Positions 1 through 13,399 of a stretch of 64,000 nt of DNA are shown here, in pieces. Positions within the stretch are counted from its first letter, which is position 1. Each line of letters opens with the position of its first letter. The notes under the pieces were generated by a model, which did no database searches, was not told where the DNA came from, and saw nothing but the letters and a program-made list of their open reading frames with translations. The position numbers and the translations under genes were made by a program. Source of the DNA: Amphiscolops sp. MND2022 (Eukaryota); the NCBI GenBank assembly GCA_964187785.1, contig OZ076409.1:37078001-37142000 (forward strand). Reading direction: 5' to 3'.

Positions 1-1960
1 TTATGGCTTTCAGCGTGACAGTAATGTACAATTACATGTGTTGTTGCCTACTTGAAGTTTGAGAATGATGACAAAGTCCAATTCTCTTTCGTGGTGAGAA
101 AAATAGGAGTTGCTCTTATCAAATACACTACAATTCTAAAACTGGAATTTCATGCAGCCCTTCATGCGTCACGGATAAATGTATCAATCAAAGAAGAACA
201 CGATCTCACCATGGATCAAGTTTTCATGTGAATCGAATCATTGACTGGGATACAATGGCTTAATGCATTTGAAAAGAAGCAGCAAATTTTCGTTGCTAAT
301 CGTGTCGGCAAATTTTAGAAAACACCGAACTAGGTGAATAGAATTTGGTCCCTGGGGCACAAAATCCAGCAGATTTTGACACGCGAGGGGTGAGAGATAT
401 GAAATTGCGTCGAGTTTGTGGCTAAACGGGACGTCGTTGCTGAGTGAGAACAATGCTCACTAGCTGAGAACTCTTGCGGCGTGCACTACTTCTGAGGGCG
501 CTTCAGAAACCTCTCAAGTATTTACCTTTTTGCCATACAAGCCACTTAAGATACAATCTGAACAATCTAGTTCTTGAAATTAAATTAATTCTTATTATTT
601 GTTCTATTATTCACTCGATTAGCTGCAATCGGGTAAAAGGACTGACCAATCACAGCGCAGAACAAATCATATTGAAATTGGTTCAAAAGAAAGCTTTCAC
701 AACTGACTTTGAAACCCTAATCAACAGAAAAGATATATATTGAAAGTCAAAAGTTGCACAATATTGCCCGATTCTAGGTGAACAAGTAATTATCAGAGCA
801 CGTCAAAGGTGATCAAAAATGGTTTTGATTTCGAAACTAACCACCCAAACTCATAACCATCCAAATATCCTATGATACGACTGATGATGCTGAAATGTCA
901 TTTGGACAACTACCAGCAAGGTGTTGGAAATATGACAAATGAACTGCAACAAAAATTAGGCCTTGGAATTGCCTTGCGGAACACCAAAATCAAACTAACC
1001 TAGCCAAAGAGTGAAGAAAATTGAATTCCTTTAACTTATGTTGGAATGGATTACCTTGGGCCATTAGAGGTGAAGAATATGACCTTGAAAAGATGGGTAT
1101 GTGTCTTAACCTGCCTGTCTGCAACGGCCATACAACTTGAAATGGTGTTTCGCTAGACACTGACATGTCTGAGTGCAGTACGCGATTCATTGCCAGCCGA
1201 GGTCACCCATCGACAGTTTGCAGCGATAATGGTACAAACTTAGTTAGTGCGAACAGCGAGCTGAAGCAAATTGCATCAATTGGCAAAATAGCGAATTTCA
1301 AGTAAAACCTCCTCAAAAAAAGCGCGCTTCGAAAGCTCGCTTCGAAAGCGCGCTTTGCAACCCTGCTGCAGCGCCACATTTCGGAAATGTTTGGGAGCGA
1401 ATTGTGGAGACATGAGAACAGGCCATTCACCACGTTCTGAATGGTCAAAGGCTCACTGACGAACTGTTAGCTACAATTCTTTGTCTCCGAGCAAATGCTA
1501 AATTTTCGCTTCCTCACGATTTGCTCCAATGATTCTTCCGACGACATGAAGGTTTTGGCACATCATCATTTTCTATTGGGCCGGTCGAGTATTGCTATTC
1601 CTCATTTGCCAGATACGCAAAAGTACCTAAGTCACGGGAAAATGTTTCCAGTTGCCCCAGCTCACATGTTCAACATGTGGTCACGATGGTTGAAAAAGTA
1701 TCTTCCTAAGCTCAGTATTCACCAGAATAGGTACAGAAAACGCTCCCGCTGTAAGAAAATGATCTGGCATGGATTATCGAACATCTTGGAAAACGAGGTT
1801 TTTACCGCCTTGAAAGTGTCAAAAGTGTCATTTTGGGAAGTATAGCAATTTTCAATCTTGTGATGTCCAAATGCAGTCAGGATTGATTTCTCGGCCTATT
1901 ATTAGGTTATCCCGTGTATTTGACCTTATTGGTTGTCTACCTCCTCAAGAGAAACACAGT
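1..1960 (+). mobile_element. Decayed BEL/Pao LTR retrotransposon pol remnant (RNase H through integrase), runs off the left edge
   Basis: Broken frames give BEL/Pao-type motifs: 'YTTILKLEFHAALHASR' (~125-175), 'HPSTVCSDNGTNLVSA' (~1203-1250), 'NPAAAPHF..WERIV' (~1360-1410), 'LAHHHFLLGR' (ORF 1495-1845). Many stops and frameshifts. Confidence 0.85.
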
Positions 1961-4781
1961 GCCGGCAATAAAAATGGTCGAAAATTGGCAACTGAAAAAA
2001 AAACAAAATGTTGGTAGTTTCAACCAGCCATATTTCCACGTCGAATGATTTCTGGATTGGTGGCTACCGACATTTTGTGACCCACATTTTCCTATTTAGG
2101 GCAAGAAGTAGAAATTAAATCAATTTTTTTATTTTCCATTTTCCTGGGGCATTTTCGTGCTTCAAACTCATAATATCACTTTTCTGGCTTATATCGCCCT
2201 CCATTTTCTGTTGAACTCACTTTAGCAATCATTTTTGTTGTGATCGTATTGTGAGAACATGTTTGAGTATTGGTAGCCATTATTAGTCTACTCAGATGCC
2301 CATGATAGCGTATTTATTCATCACGGAGGTATGACGACTTGTTGTAAATCAGCATGTTCTCTCATAACTTCATATTTACAGCCTAATAATTGCTTCTATT
2401 TTGTTCACTCTATTCGTCGATGTACATGAGGTGTTGTATAACCGTATTAGAACGGAAAATTGACTTCTTTGAAGCAAGTTGTGTGTTTTCAGAAATTGAA
2501 TAACTCAGTTTTCATCACAGACTCGTAAACTTTTTGGGAAGTTAACAATATATTACAAGTTAAAATTATCCCAGAAACAGGCCGACGGTTCGAACGCATT
2601 AGCTACCAGAATCAGCTTTTACAATCTTGTAATGACTTTCAAGTTTTTTTCAGGTTTTGTAATTGTCTGAGTTTCATGTTATTGTATGTGATCAATGGCT
2701 GATTTTCACGTTTTTGTTCATGATCTTTGTAAAAATGCCGTTTGTTTTATAATCATATTTGATAATGATCTGTCTTAACGTAGAGAGATTCTTCAATCTC
2801 ATAAAAACGTTCACTTGTATAATCTGCTGTTGCAACTGAGGATAACTCCAATTTGATATTCGGTGTCAAAAACGGATACATCGAAAAATTTTGCATTTGC
2901 GAACTATGTAGTTGTTACAGAACCGTTCAAACGTTTTCGTCTGAGCAATAACGCTTTCGTTACAGCCACTAAATACTTTGAGACTTTTGTTTGAATGGAT
3001 ATTACTCATGAGAGATTCACCATTTGATGCTAGACATTGGCGATTGTTTTCACGTTTTCGGTAGAAATTAGTAAACTGGTTGAGGAGTAGCCAACAAATT
3101 CATCAGCATCAGCATTAATTGACTACGTTATGCTAGTTTACTCATATTATTCCTTGTGTGAAAACATGTCTTCCATACAAGGACCAGAAGAATTAAAAAC
3201 ATATATGTGAATGATCAAACTGATTTCTTACATCAATCATATAATTGTTTATTGATCTACGTTTTTTGTATGGAGGTCAGGGCGCTTTGTTTTCGAGCTT
3301 TGTGTATCTTGATACCCAGGCAGACATTCAAAATTGCACCAAAACTGTCAATTTTGAAAAATTTTGCTGCTTTGGGCTACCTTCATACTCAACAATTTTT
3401 GAAACAGATTCAAACATCTCCAGAGCAAAATAACGTATGCTACGAAAAACCCAAAATTACTCAAGTAAAAAATTGGATTGTGGTAGCGTAAGTTGAAACG
3501 CGGTTGAGAGTTGGAGATTGTTCTCATATGAAATCTGGGAAAAAAGTAATTGAGGTCGGTTACCTTCCCTGTGATACACAGGGAAAAGAATTTGAACGCA
3601 ATTTGTACTGTTTTTGATAAATTTTGCAAAAAGTTTGTTGAACAAATGAGCAGTAGACCCACAGTCCATGTTTTTCGAAAAAGTATAGAACTTCTTCTCT
3701 TCTGAACGTCTTTCAATTCTCAAGAACTGTTTTCATTTTTGCAATGCAAGGCGCTCAACTGATAAACAACGCCAGTGATAACGTGAAATTACTCCCAAAA
3801 TTCAAGAGCTAACCTTGGGAAATTTCCAAACGTAAATAGTATTGCGGAATATGACTCTTTTAACAAGAAAAGTATTTTAACCAAAAAAAATTATAATTTG
3901 AAAAAGTTCCGATTTTCTAAAACTCCGCCTTTCCGAGAATAAAATATGATAATACTACCTTTGGCAACGATCTTGGATGTTCGATAATCAAGTAACGTAA
4001 AACAACAAAAAAACTTGATTCTTTGGCTAACGTTGAATTATGAATGAAATCATAGAAGCTGTTAACTTCAGGACTGTAGCCTGAACCTGATTGATGTCAT
4101 ATCGTTGGTGACGTAAGTAATTCCAACTCAGAATAGCTCAACCCAGAGCTTAGTTAGAGCGCTAGTAATCTGGCGGATTGACTCTATGTAGATGCTGTGT
4201 CTTGCTCTAAAATTACATCAAGCACTATCAACCACGACTAGCAAGAGTGCTGAGAGGGCTTGAGATAATTGGGTTTATGGAACAACCAGAGTCAGAAGCG
4301 AGCAGATTGAATGACTGAAATTACAGTTGGCTGAATTCTCCGGAAAATCAACTGCGGATCACTTAAGCATCAACTCGGTAACTACATGAGAGTTGCTCTT
4401 AAATCAAACACAAACTACAGAAGTTAATCAAGAAAGAAAATCAGCTTCTATCATACTTAAAAGTTAGATTCAGAGGATTTGATAAGACGCTTTTTTCAAC
4501 CGAGAGATGTGACGCCAAAAATTTGTGGTGATTCTGGTTAATTTTAATTTGTCTCTAACGTGAGATTATGCATTTAGAACTCGACCGTCAGTCACTTTTG
4601 CAAATTCCCTATTTTTCAAATATCTGTTGAAGTTTTTCAAGACGTCAAGCTGATAAGTTTTTTTTTAAAGAGAAATCCTTTGCAATTGTTGAAGAGTGGT
4701 ACGAACCACTCATGTACATGTTTTGAGATACATTTCTCAATGACTCCAATTAATCAACTTCCCCACAAAAATTGAGTCATA

Positions 4782-4843
4782 TGAGACTTGTTATAGTAAC
4801 TGCTTTCGACATATGTCGAAAGCAGTTACTATAACAAGTCTCA
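4782..4843. repeat. Perfect 62-bp palindrome with no loop
   Basis: tgagacttgttatagtaactgctttcgacat|atgtcgaaagcagttactataacaagtctca; the 31-bp arms are exact reverse complements. Confidence 0.97.
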
Positions 4844-4892
4844 AGACAAAAAAAAATGGAAGAAAAGCTCATCACTTGCATTTTGCTTTCGA

Positions 4893-5022
4893 CCCTAGGT
4901 TACAAGAATCACAAATCTTGCAAAATTCTTGAGAAATTCTTGCCAACTTTGCATTTCTTACAAGAATCTTACAAGAATTCTTGTAAGAATTTTGCAAGAC
5001 TTGTGATTCTTGTAACCTAGGG
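4893..5022. mobile_element. 130-bp MITE, CACTA/EnSpm-like (CCC..GGG termini, 2-bp TSD GA)
   Basis: TIRs ccctaggttacaagaatcaca... / ...tgtgattcttgtaacctaggg; GA on both flanks; internal cttacaagaat repeats. Confidence 0.8.
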
Positions 5023-7349
5023 GAAGCGCTTTCAAAACATCCCAGTTCTTCTGACGTCAAGTTGAGCAATTCAGATGTCGAAAACATCTGTTGCTGATTC
5101 GCGCAAGATGCTTCGGTTTTCTCAATTATCCCAACGTCTTTTCAAGGCTAAGTGATAGATATTTTAGACGACGTTGCACTAACTGTCTATTTCAACGAGT
5201 AAAACTGTATAATATAATAGTCAACTACTGAACTAAGTTGAACATTTTTGTTTCCTTTCCAATAAAGTTGTTCATGCGTTATTGTTTAATTTATGCTTTT
5301 GTGAAGTCTTGGTGAATTTTGGTTCAATGAACCATTAATGAGAATTCTCCAGACATTTCTAAAGAGTTTGAAATTCAAAATGTCAAGTTAAGAATATGTG
5401 CTTGTTACTTACTTAGTACTTCATGCATGAACTTCAAACTGAATTTTGTTTTCAGAACGAAAAACTTCAAATTTGACGTCTCTCAGGCGTTAATAGCTAC
5501 GTTTAGGCTCTACTCAACCTTGTTTGTTTTTCTAATGCTCAATCTGAGATGTCTGTTGTGATTAAAGTCTGGCAAAATAGACTGCCAGCTACTTTTTCCA
5601 GCATTTTCCATTTTGGACCTACTGGTTTTGGCACTTTTTCTAACAACACAAATGTCCGGTGCCCGATTACTTGTTTATTCTACCACCTCCGTATTTACAC
5701 ATAAAATACGCCTGTCGGAGAGGGGAATAAACTGTAAGGGCAAGGGCGTTCTGTGCTAGCTCGGCGGGATACCTTGTCCGTACATTAATCCAATTTACTT
5801 TGGACACGGGCACAAAATAGACAAACATGGCCCAGCTCACGCGTAACTGAATCTCTTTTGATTAAAGGCAGCATGAATATTTAAAATTACATAACGTCCG
5901 CTCTTGCACAGCAGGGTGGTATGCACCGGCCATGGTATTTTTAAATCCAAAGGAAATTCTGCAAATCAAAGCAACTGCTTAATCAAAGCATGGCTGGTAG
6001 AAATTACCATTTCATGACAGGAAACACCATCAATTGTCAACTGTTAGTAATGACTACAGAACTGTAGTTAGTATAACTGAGTAACACCGAAACAGTTCAG
6101 AGAATCTCGTGAAATTGAGTTTCATGAATCAGTATTAAAATCAAATCAAAGGGTAATTGTAATGGTCGAGGTAAGTTTAGATACAATCATGCTAAAGGTG
6201 CTTGGTAGCCTATGACATCATGTAAAAGTTTCAAGCAGTTTTAACTAGGGTATAAATAATGTTCTCTGAACTCTGTGGAAGTGGTAGTCTTAAATTGATA
6301 TGAACTTGATGAAAAATAAATTACGATATTGTTAACACTGCAGTGTGCACTGCTCAAAAGCACTGAGCACCTGTATTTTGAAGTCTTGAAGGAAACATTT
6401 GCACTATATACTAGTTTAACCAAAAGTTACAAGACGCACAAATGCTTCACTCTCCAAAATCGTAATATTTGTAAACAATGCACTGAAAAACCTTCACTTT
6501 TTCTGTCAATCGTTGAAGATGGAGCTTGTATTACGTAATCACAGCATCAACTAACCATGGTTTTAACTTTGCGAAAGAAGTCTAGACAGCTTTACCAGGC
6601 AGTCATTTTGTTACGACTTGTTGTGGAAAGAAAAATTTCCAATTCGATTGATTGACAATCCAATGGGAGTGTTTCAGCTGTTTCGAAATCTTTGTTGACA
6701 AATGATTTAGTTTATGATCTCTCAAATTTTATGCAGTCCGTTTTTTGGGTCACCTAGTATCTGTTATACCGTTCAGAGTGAGCATCTCTGCAATTGTATT
6801 GAGTTTCAGACTTTTTCTCACTGTCAATTGAAGAGGTAGAGAAAATAATGATAGTGGAATAACCGGAGTATTTATATTCTCAAATCACGATTTTATTATC
6901 CACCCAGTTTTTGATAAGAGAAAGAATAACAATAACTCAACATTTTTCGGAATATTCACCATGTTCCAATTTCATAGTCCAATTTAAGGGGTTCATCCAT
7001 AAAAGTCATCTGACATGAACTTTGAAAATTTCCAGATTTACGGAATAAGCTATTGAGGACGCTTTTTTGAAGGAAGGAAAATTTGAATAGTGTAAATAAG
7101 AAGTGCCCCAAAATGACATCAAAGTAGGCAAAAACTTGAGAAGGTTCTCAGTTTTGGCGCAATTTATGTAAACTTTATGACCACTGACACACTCTCTCCC
7201 ATACAAGTGATTGCATAAGTCACTTAAAATGCATGATCTAACTTGTTTACGTTAACTAATATACGGTATTACAATATCACCGTTAAAGAAAATGGTTTGA
7301 GTTTTTGATGTTTTTTTCTGGACGGTGTTACCCTAGGCGAGCAAAGTTC

Positions 7350-9240
7350 CTCCTCCGTTCATCTCCTTCTACACCTTTGATTGGTTGATAAGTTTTTTCC
7401 ACTTGTCCAGTGTATCTCCTGTAATAGTTTTTGTGTTTTGGATTACGGCCTTGATGACAATCGTGTTGTTGTTTCGTTGTTGAATTTATTCGTGTTCAAA
7501 ATTTTATCTTCAAAATCCTCTAGTTTAATTGCTCAATTTTTTTTGAATCGGTATTACCGTTTCTGTCAAACTGTGATGAAATTTGGGTTATCTTCGGGTG
7601 CTTGTCTGGCTTCTTCTTGTTCCTGTATTTCCGTCATGTCTTGAACGTGCATTATCAGGTTGTTTTGTTCAGGTTACTGTTCTCGTCAATTTCTGATTAG
7701 CTTCTTTCTCCCTTCTCCATTGACCGTACTTAGCTCTGTGGGAATTGTTTGAAACGTTGTTTCTAGAAGATTTTTTCTAGTACATGCGTACTGTTTCCTA
7801 AAGGTTGATTGGTTTCCTCGTCTATTTCTGTCTGGTTCAAAACCATATTAATGAATCAAACGTCCGATCATCTGGGATTGTCTCTTCGTCTGAATAGCGG
7901 GTTCTGAAATGCAGCGGTTATTGGTTTACCAGCTCTTTTGCGATGTTTTTTTTCAGTTGTATTGGTTGTTATGGTATGTTTTGTTCCCGCCACGGCTCTT
8001 TGCGGTTTTGTGTGGTATGCACTTTCAAATCTACTTTTGGTTTTGTCTTTTCTCCAGGAAAAATTATGTTATGAGAATTTATTACTCACGTCTTCCCTAA
8101 ATCTTCTAAATCTTCTCGGGGTTTCTTTCACCAGGTGGTCGTGCTGTCCATTTTCGCTTGAGAATGATTACACTTGTAGTATTTCAGGTTTTGCTTATAC
8201 AAAATATTTTCACCTTTGGTGGCATGTTAAAGTAGTTATTTGATTCCGCTTTTAGATATCTCATTCTGTATTTTGAAAGGAGATTCTTCAATTCTAGAAT
8301 GGACTGTTGTCCTCATCACTTTTAGTGATCGGCCTAATACATACTTGTTCAGCGTACATCCGTCCCATAGATTTGTGCGCTTGTAACCTTTCAGTTTTTT
8401 CAATCCCATTTCGACCAGACCCTTTCGACCATGTACATATGTTGTTTCATTTGAAAATTGAATATTGAGACTTTTGTCAATGCACTGAATTGGCCGTACC
8501 TTTGTAGGTTGTAACCCTTTGTGGAAAAACATCAAGTGTCATTTACCGTTCTAGAAACATTTTTGCTATTTTCCCGTAGTTGTTTCGCATGTGTATGCCG
8601 CTTGTCAACTTCTGTACTAATTGATTGAACATAAAATGGAAACCTGTCCTCGCTTGAATTTCATTTGTCCAATGAATTCCAATTGGGTTTCTTGGTTTGG
8701 ATTTTCAGTTGTTGATAAGTAATTTACTTCTGTCATTGGTAATTGGGTATCTTTGCTCCTACCTGTCATTTTGCAGGTTATGCATTCGCTGCAGTTTTGT
8801 TGGATCTTTTTCTCTCCTCGGCCACAAGAATGGCTTTGCAATTGTCGTCATTTTAGTGATGGATGGGTGTCGTTAAAGTAGTAACATAAAGACGGTGATT
8901 CCCAATTTTTCGGTACGATGATCCTGCCATGGTAAAACTGCACTCTAAATCTAGTTGACAGATTTTTGTGTATTGTTTATAATCTTCCGGTATCATAAAG
9001 ACGGTGAATCCCAATTTTTCGGTACGATGGTCCTGCCATGGTAAAACTGCACTCTAAATCTAGTTGACAAATTTTTGTGTTTTGTTTATCTTCTTCCGGT
9101 ATCTGATTTGCTGTCTGTCTTCCGGAAAGTACCAGGGTTTCTAGTAGCTGGTCGTCATTAGTTGTTTGCGTCGCAATCGTCTTTGTATCAGTTGAAATGT
9201 GTTGTCTCGCTCGTCTAACATGGATGAATCATTGATTAAT
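7350..9240 (-). mobile_element. Decayed Ty3/Gypsy fragment (RNaseH-integrase spacer, integrase and 3' tail)
   Basis: ORF 8617-8841 'CSECITCKMTGRSKDTQLPMTEVNYL...NQETQLEFIG' parallels 'CPSCRTAGKNLKTQIPQSETNRL...GQEIQLDFAG' in the element at 56.6 kb. ORF 8236-8535 'GLVEMG...MRTTVHSRIEESPF' resembles the integrase core end. Confidence 0.75.
8885..9102. repeat. Tandem duplication, 2 x ~109 bp
   Basis: cataaagacggtga...cttccggtat starts at 8885 and again at 8994, with a few substitutions. Confidence 0.92.
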
Positions 9241-9444
9241 CACGGATGAGGCAGGTTTGGAAAGCCATGGTTTTCAAATCAGGTAACCGAACTCTTATCG
9301 CATTTTCAAAGCAATAGTTAAAAGTGTAAATTTTTGAGAAATTTCGATCTCGATGAAATTAATTGGAGTCTACATTCATGGAGTGTCAACGTCCAGAATA
9401 ACAAATTTAGCAAAATTCAACCTAAATTTTCACCATTAATGGAT

Positions 9445-10036
9445 TTCGTCCTAGAATCTTACAAGCTTGTACAAGAATCGCTTATTTTGCAAGTTTGTTA
9501 CAATGTTCAACATTTCTTACAAAAGTCTGATAGCATTTTCACAAACTTTGCATCTATTTGTAAAATTGTCAGCCGTTTTAGAGAAAAGGTGTGAGCGAGA
9601 AACACGTTTAGAGAAACAAAAATCCAAAAATTTATTCGATGGAAAAACATCTAAAATCACTGTGTTTTTGTAGACTAAGGTCTATAAACACTGAATTTCC
9701 CTGCAATAACATCTAAAATCACTGTTTTTCGAGAGAGATAGGATCCTCTTGTTGCGAAAAGCTGAGTTTGATACTATGGAAATGGTACCATTCATCGCTC
9801 GCATAACTTTCTCTGAATATTATGTTCGAAAAGACTTTTTTTCAGTATTTCCTCTAGTGAAGCGATGCACATTTTGTTTTTGTAAGAGTTTTGCAAGAGT
9901 TATGCAGTTTTGTCCCATTTTTAGCTGAAAATCGCAAATTTTGCCAGAATCTTGTAAGAGTTAGTGTCAAATGATGAATTTTCTGTCAAGAGTTTTGTAG
10001 GAATTTTGCAAAAGATGTGAATTTTTTCAACTAGGG
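9445..10036. mobile_element. Degraded CACTA-like MITE related to the 4893-5022 family
   Basis: cttacaag/cttgtaag subrepeats in opposite orientations at the two ends; right terminus ...ttcaactaggg at ~10036; left terminus unclear. Confidence 0.5.
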
Positions 10037-12464
10037 ATACATTTTGAACAAGAAAAATGAGTAGTGTAAAATAATTCATAGAACATCTTAAGAAAACGTT
10101 TGTTATGCTTTTTGCAGAAAACTTTAGTTTGTTTTGCTGTCGCGGTGAGCATTTATAAGTGGACAAGTTCAAAAAGTAAAAATAATTATTATTATTATTC
10201 GTTTTATGAGGAGGCGCCTAATCAGGAAGAAGTAAGATAACAATTGGAAAGTTTATTGGAATCAAATCTGAAATCAAACTCTTATGATTTTTCCGGTCAC
10301 TTGCCAAAAGCTAAATTTTTATGCGAAACTGTCTTTCAAACGATCCACTTGGCGTTTTGAAGCTATAATAAATTAACTTACCTTCGTTTGCTAGCTAGCA
10401 CCCTTTGAAGCTTTTATTGGCTATAATAATTCTTTGAAGGTTAATAAATTCTCAAGAAATTGACCTGACAAAGAACCGAGATGTTTTTTGCCAAGATAGT
10501 GAAATAAATTGAACGAGAGATTATAAAATTGAGTTATAATATATCGCGACAATTCAAAAGACGCATGCGTGATAATCTATATATACATTACAGGTTCGTT
10601 CGTGGCCAGCTGATGATAATATTAGTTTGGCTATAATCCTGCTAGTATTTTTTGATCACGACGTATCAAATGAAAAAGATTGGCTGCTAATCGATGAAAG
10701 TGCCTGGGGGAATTTAGGAGGATATAGCAAACCGCAATGCGGCGGATAATGGACTGAGAAATTTAATATATTTTATAACTAGAGGCAATGGAGGCCTAAA
10801 CTGAAATTGCAACGCTCGCTCATTTTTTTCTCTCAACTTGTCAGAGAAAGATACTGTTTTTCAATGACTATTTTCAATTGGACAAATGATAAAAAATATA
10901 TATATGCATAAAAATCGTGAAGTTAAAGGAGTTTCGTTTTTGACCAAATTTGACAGAATTGCGATGTGTTGCTGAATGTATTTGTCAATAAAACAATGCC
11001 AGTTCGAGAATACTCCTGCGTTAGCTCTGAATCTAAGCTACAAATTTTATATGTACACGTTTTTCCAAAAAAATTACAAAAATTAAACTTAAAAAACTGA
11101 AATTTATTCATTGTGCATGCTTTAAAACAGGGTAGAGTGACTATTCTTCGTTTTTGAGACAATTCTTGAGAAATATTTTGTCGCAGCCCTCAGAGAGCAG
11201 CGAAATATCGAACGCAAGGAGAACGCCAAAGGAAGGCAATGGAGAAATTTCCCAGGATAAGGACTGAGTAGAAACATCACTGAACCTGAAAGAAACAATT
11301 AACAAACATTTCTATTAAACCATCAAACAAACATTGTTAATTCAGCGCAGTACCTAAAATACATAAATATGTAAATACTTAAATAATATTAAAGTGCTAT
11401 CAGTGCAATTTGTTTACAGTAAAGCGAACAGCATACCGACCGAAATTAACTCGGCCAGCACGCTGATCAATTTACCGCTGCAATAACAACGGAGCTAAAG
11501 CAAAATAATATCATTCCAATTTCATCGGACCAATCAACGATTAGCGCAAATACACCGCGCTAGCTGAACAGCGATACCAGGCGGCTCACCAGTCAATCGA
11601 GTGCTGGGACGCACGCCTGGCCGCACGCTTCAAATAACCGAAGCAGTACTATTATTACATAAATGCTGTACCATTTTAATATGAACACGGAACTTAAAAG
11701 AAGCTATAACCACCAATAAATAACCAATGGAAATGTTGAAGTACCTAAACGATAAAAGTATTTGATTTATTGTTCAGGCCAACCGACTGGCCGTCCAAAT
11801 CTACTTCCGAAATGGGACAACCATCGGGACAACCGTCCAAACGTGATCAATATAACTGTGCATTAATCATTAGTGTAATTTAATTAATATAGTTAATTTG
11901 GTCTAATTCTCCCACCAAAGCATTAATTCGTTCATTGTGCAGTGTTTTGTTCAAATATTACCGTGTTGCTAATACTCCACCCCGGGACGACCGCCAGGAC
12001 AACCGTTTTGGTTGAGTATGAGTAAAAGACTAACCAAGTTGTGATAAGTGTTAATTATCAATTTGTTCTGATCTATTATTGTTTGAATGGCACATAATAC
12101 TTTCTGTAGCCACTAAAGTTGTGTTAAACCCCCCCCCACTGTGCTAATTTGTGATGTTCAATGTCCGGTCATGTGTCCCGGAAATCCAAGCTGATAAGTC
12201 GTCCTGGTATACGACCAGTATTTTAATCAGTGGATTACTCCATAAAATTGATCATTTTGTGAGATTAATATTGCCTGAAATCCATTTTTCAATTTAGTGC
12301 AATTTATTTCAGTTAGTACTAATTTCTTCGATGTAAAATCAGTACAAGTCTAGTACAAGTTCTGAGCGTAGTTGTGTGAACAATAGGGCCACTAATAACG
12401 GAAACTCCGCTGATGAAGTGGAAGAAATTGACTTCGGCAGAAGCGAATACTCCAACATATTTCA

Positions 12465-12588
12465 AGGCTTTAAAAATTTTGTTGTCTGATTGCTTTTGGA
12501 AACGTTAATAATAACAAAAACTTTTATAAGAGTTTTTGTTATTATTAACGTTTCCAAAGGCAATCAGACAACAAAATTTTTAAAGCCT
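12465..12588. repeat. 124-bp near-perfect palindrome with no loop (2 mismatches)
   Basis: aggctttaaaaattttgttgtctgattgc...ctttta|taagag...gcaatcagacaacaaaatttttaaagcct. Confidence 0.95.
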
Positions 12589-13399
12589 ATAGTTAATATA
12601 TTTAAACCTTTTCGATAAATGCAGTAAGTGCCGAGACTTTTGACGAGAACTGCGATAACTTTTTCAAATCGGACCAATGATATGTGTTCGCTGCTGTTTC
12701 GTCGTATTAACAGTAATTTCCGATGAGCCGATGTGTTATTTAGTTGCGTGACATAAGTGTGAACGAGTTGTCAAGTCAGGCCGATTGTGAAAAAATGTGT
12801 GAAGAGAAGTGTGGAAAGAGGTTAAAAATGCGAGAGGAAGTGAACTATATATTTTTCGTTTACGCAGCGTCAACGGATATCATATCAAAACTGTTCTTTC
12901 TTCGGATAGCTTGTGATGATGCTTTTTGTAAGAAAAATACAAACTAAATTTTCCAAAATGACGGATTGTACATTCGTCAATCATTGGAGCTTTGCATCAT
13001 GAGCAACTGTCAAATGTGCATTTTATCTCTCAGCCGAGGCAATTTAAAGAAAAGTAACAACTATGTTGCACGGAGGCACAAATCACGAGACGGGAAAATT
13101 AGCCAGCAATGTGACTACTGTTCCAGAAGGATTTGAAATCGCTGCTACCTATCTAATTAGTAGCCAAAGGCTCAAATCATTCCGCGCGAGAAAGTGCTTG
13201 AATTTTACCAGTTGTGCGTTTGTAGCTCCAGGAACTAACTATTATTTGCAAGCTTGAAAAAACCATCGAATTAAAAAATTGTTTTTGCATTCATTTGCAT
13301 AAATCTGAGAGAATCAGTGTGAAATGGGGAAAGAACGATTAGTTTAAAAAAAGGCTTCAGGTTCCAATTTTTAAATCACAGATAGTCTCCCGAGAAAAA

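Noticed and set aside
3207..3723. Overlapping 60-120 aa ORFs on both strands
   Set aside because: No recognisable domain; lengths are compatible with chance.
12408..12455. Possible hammerhead ribozyme (ctgatga...)
   Set aside because: No GAAA after the candidate stem II and no stem III/NUH site.
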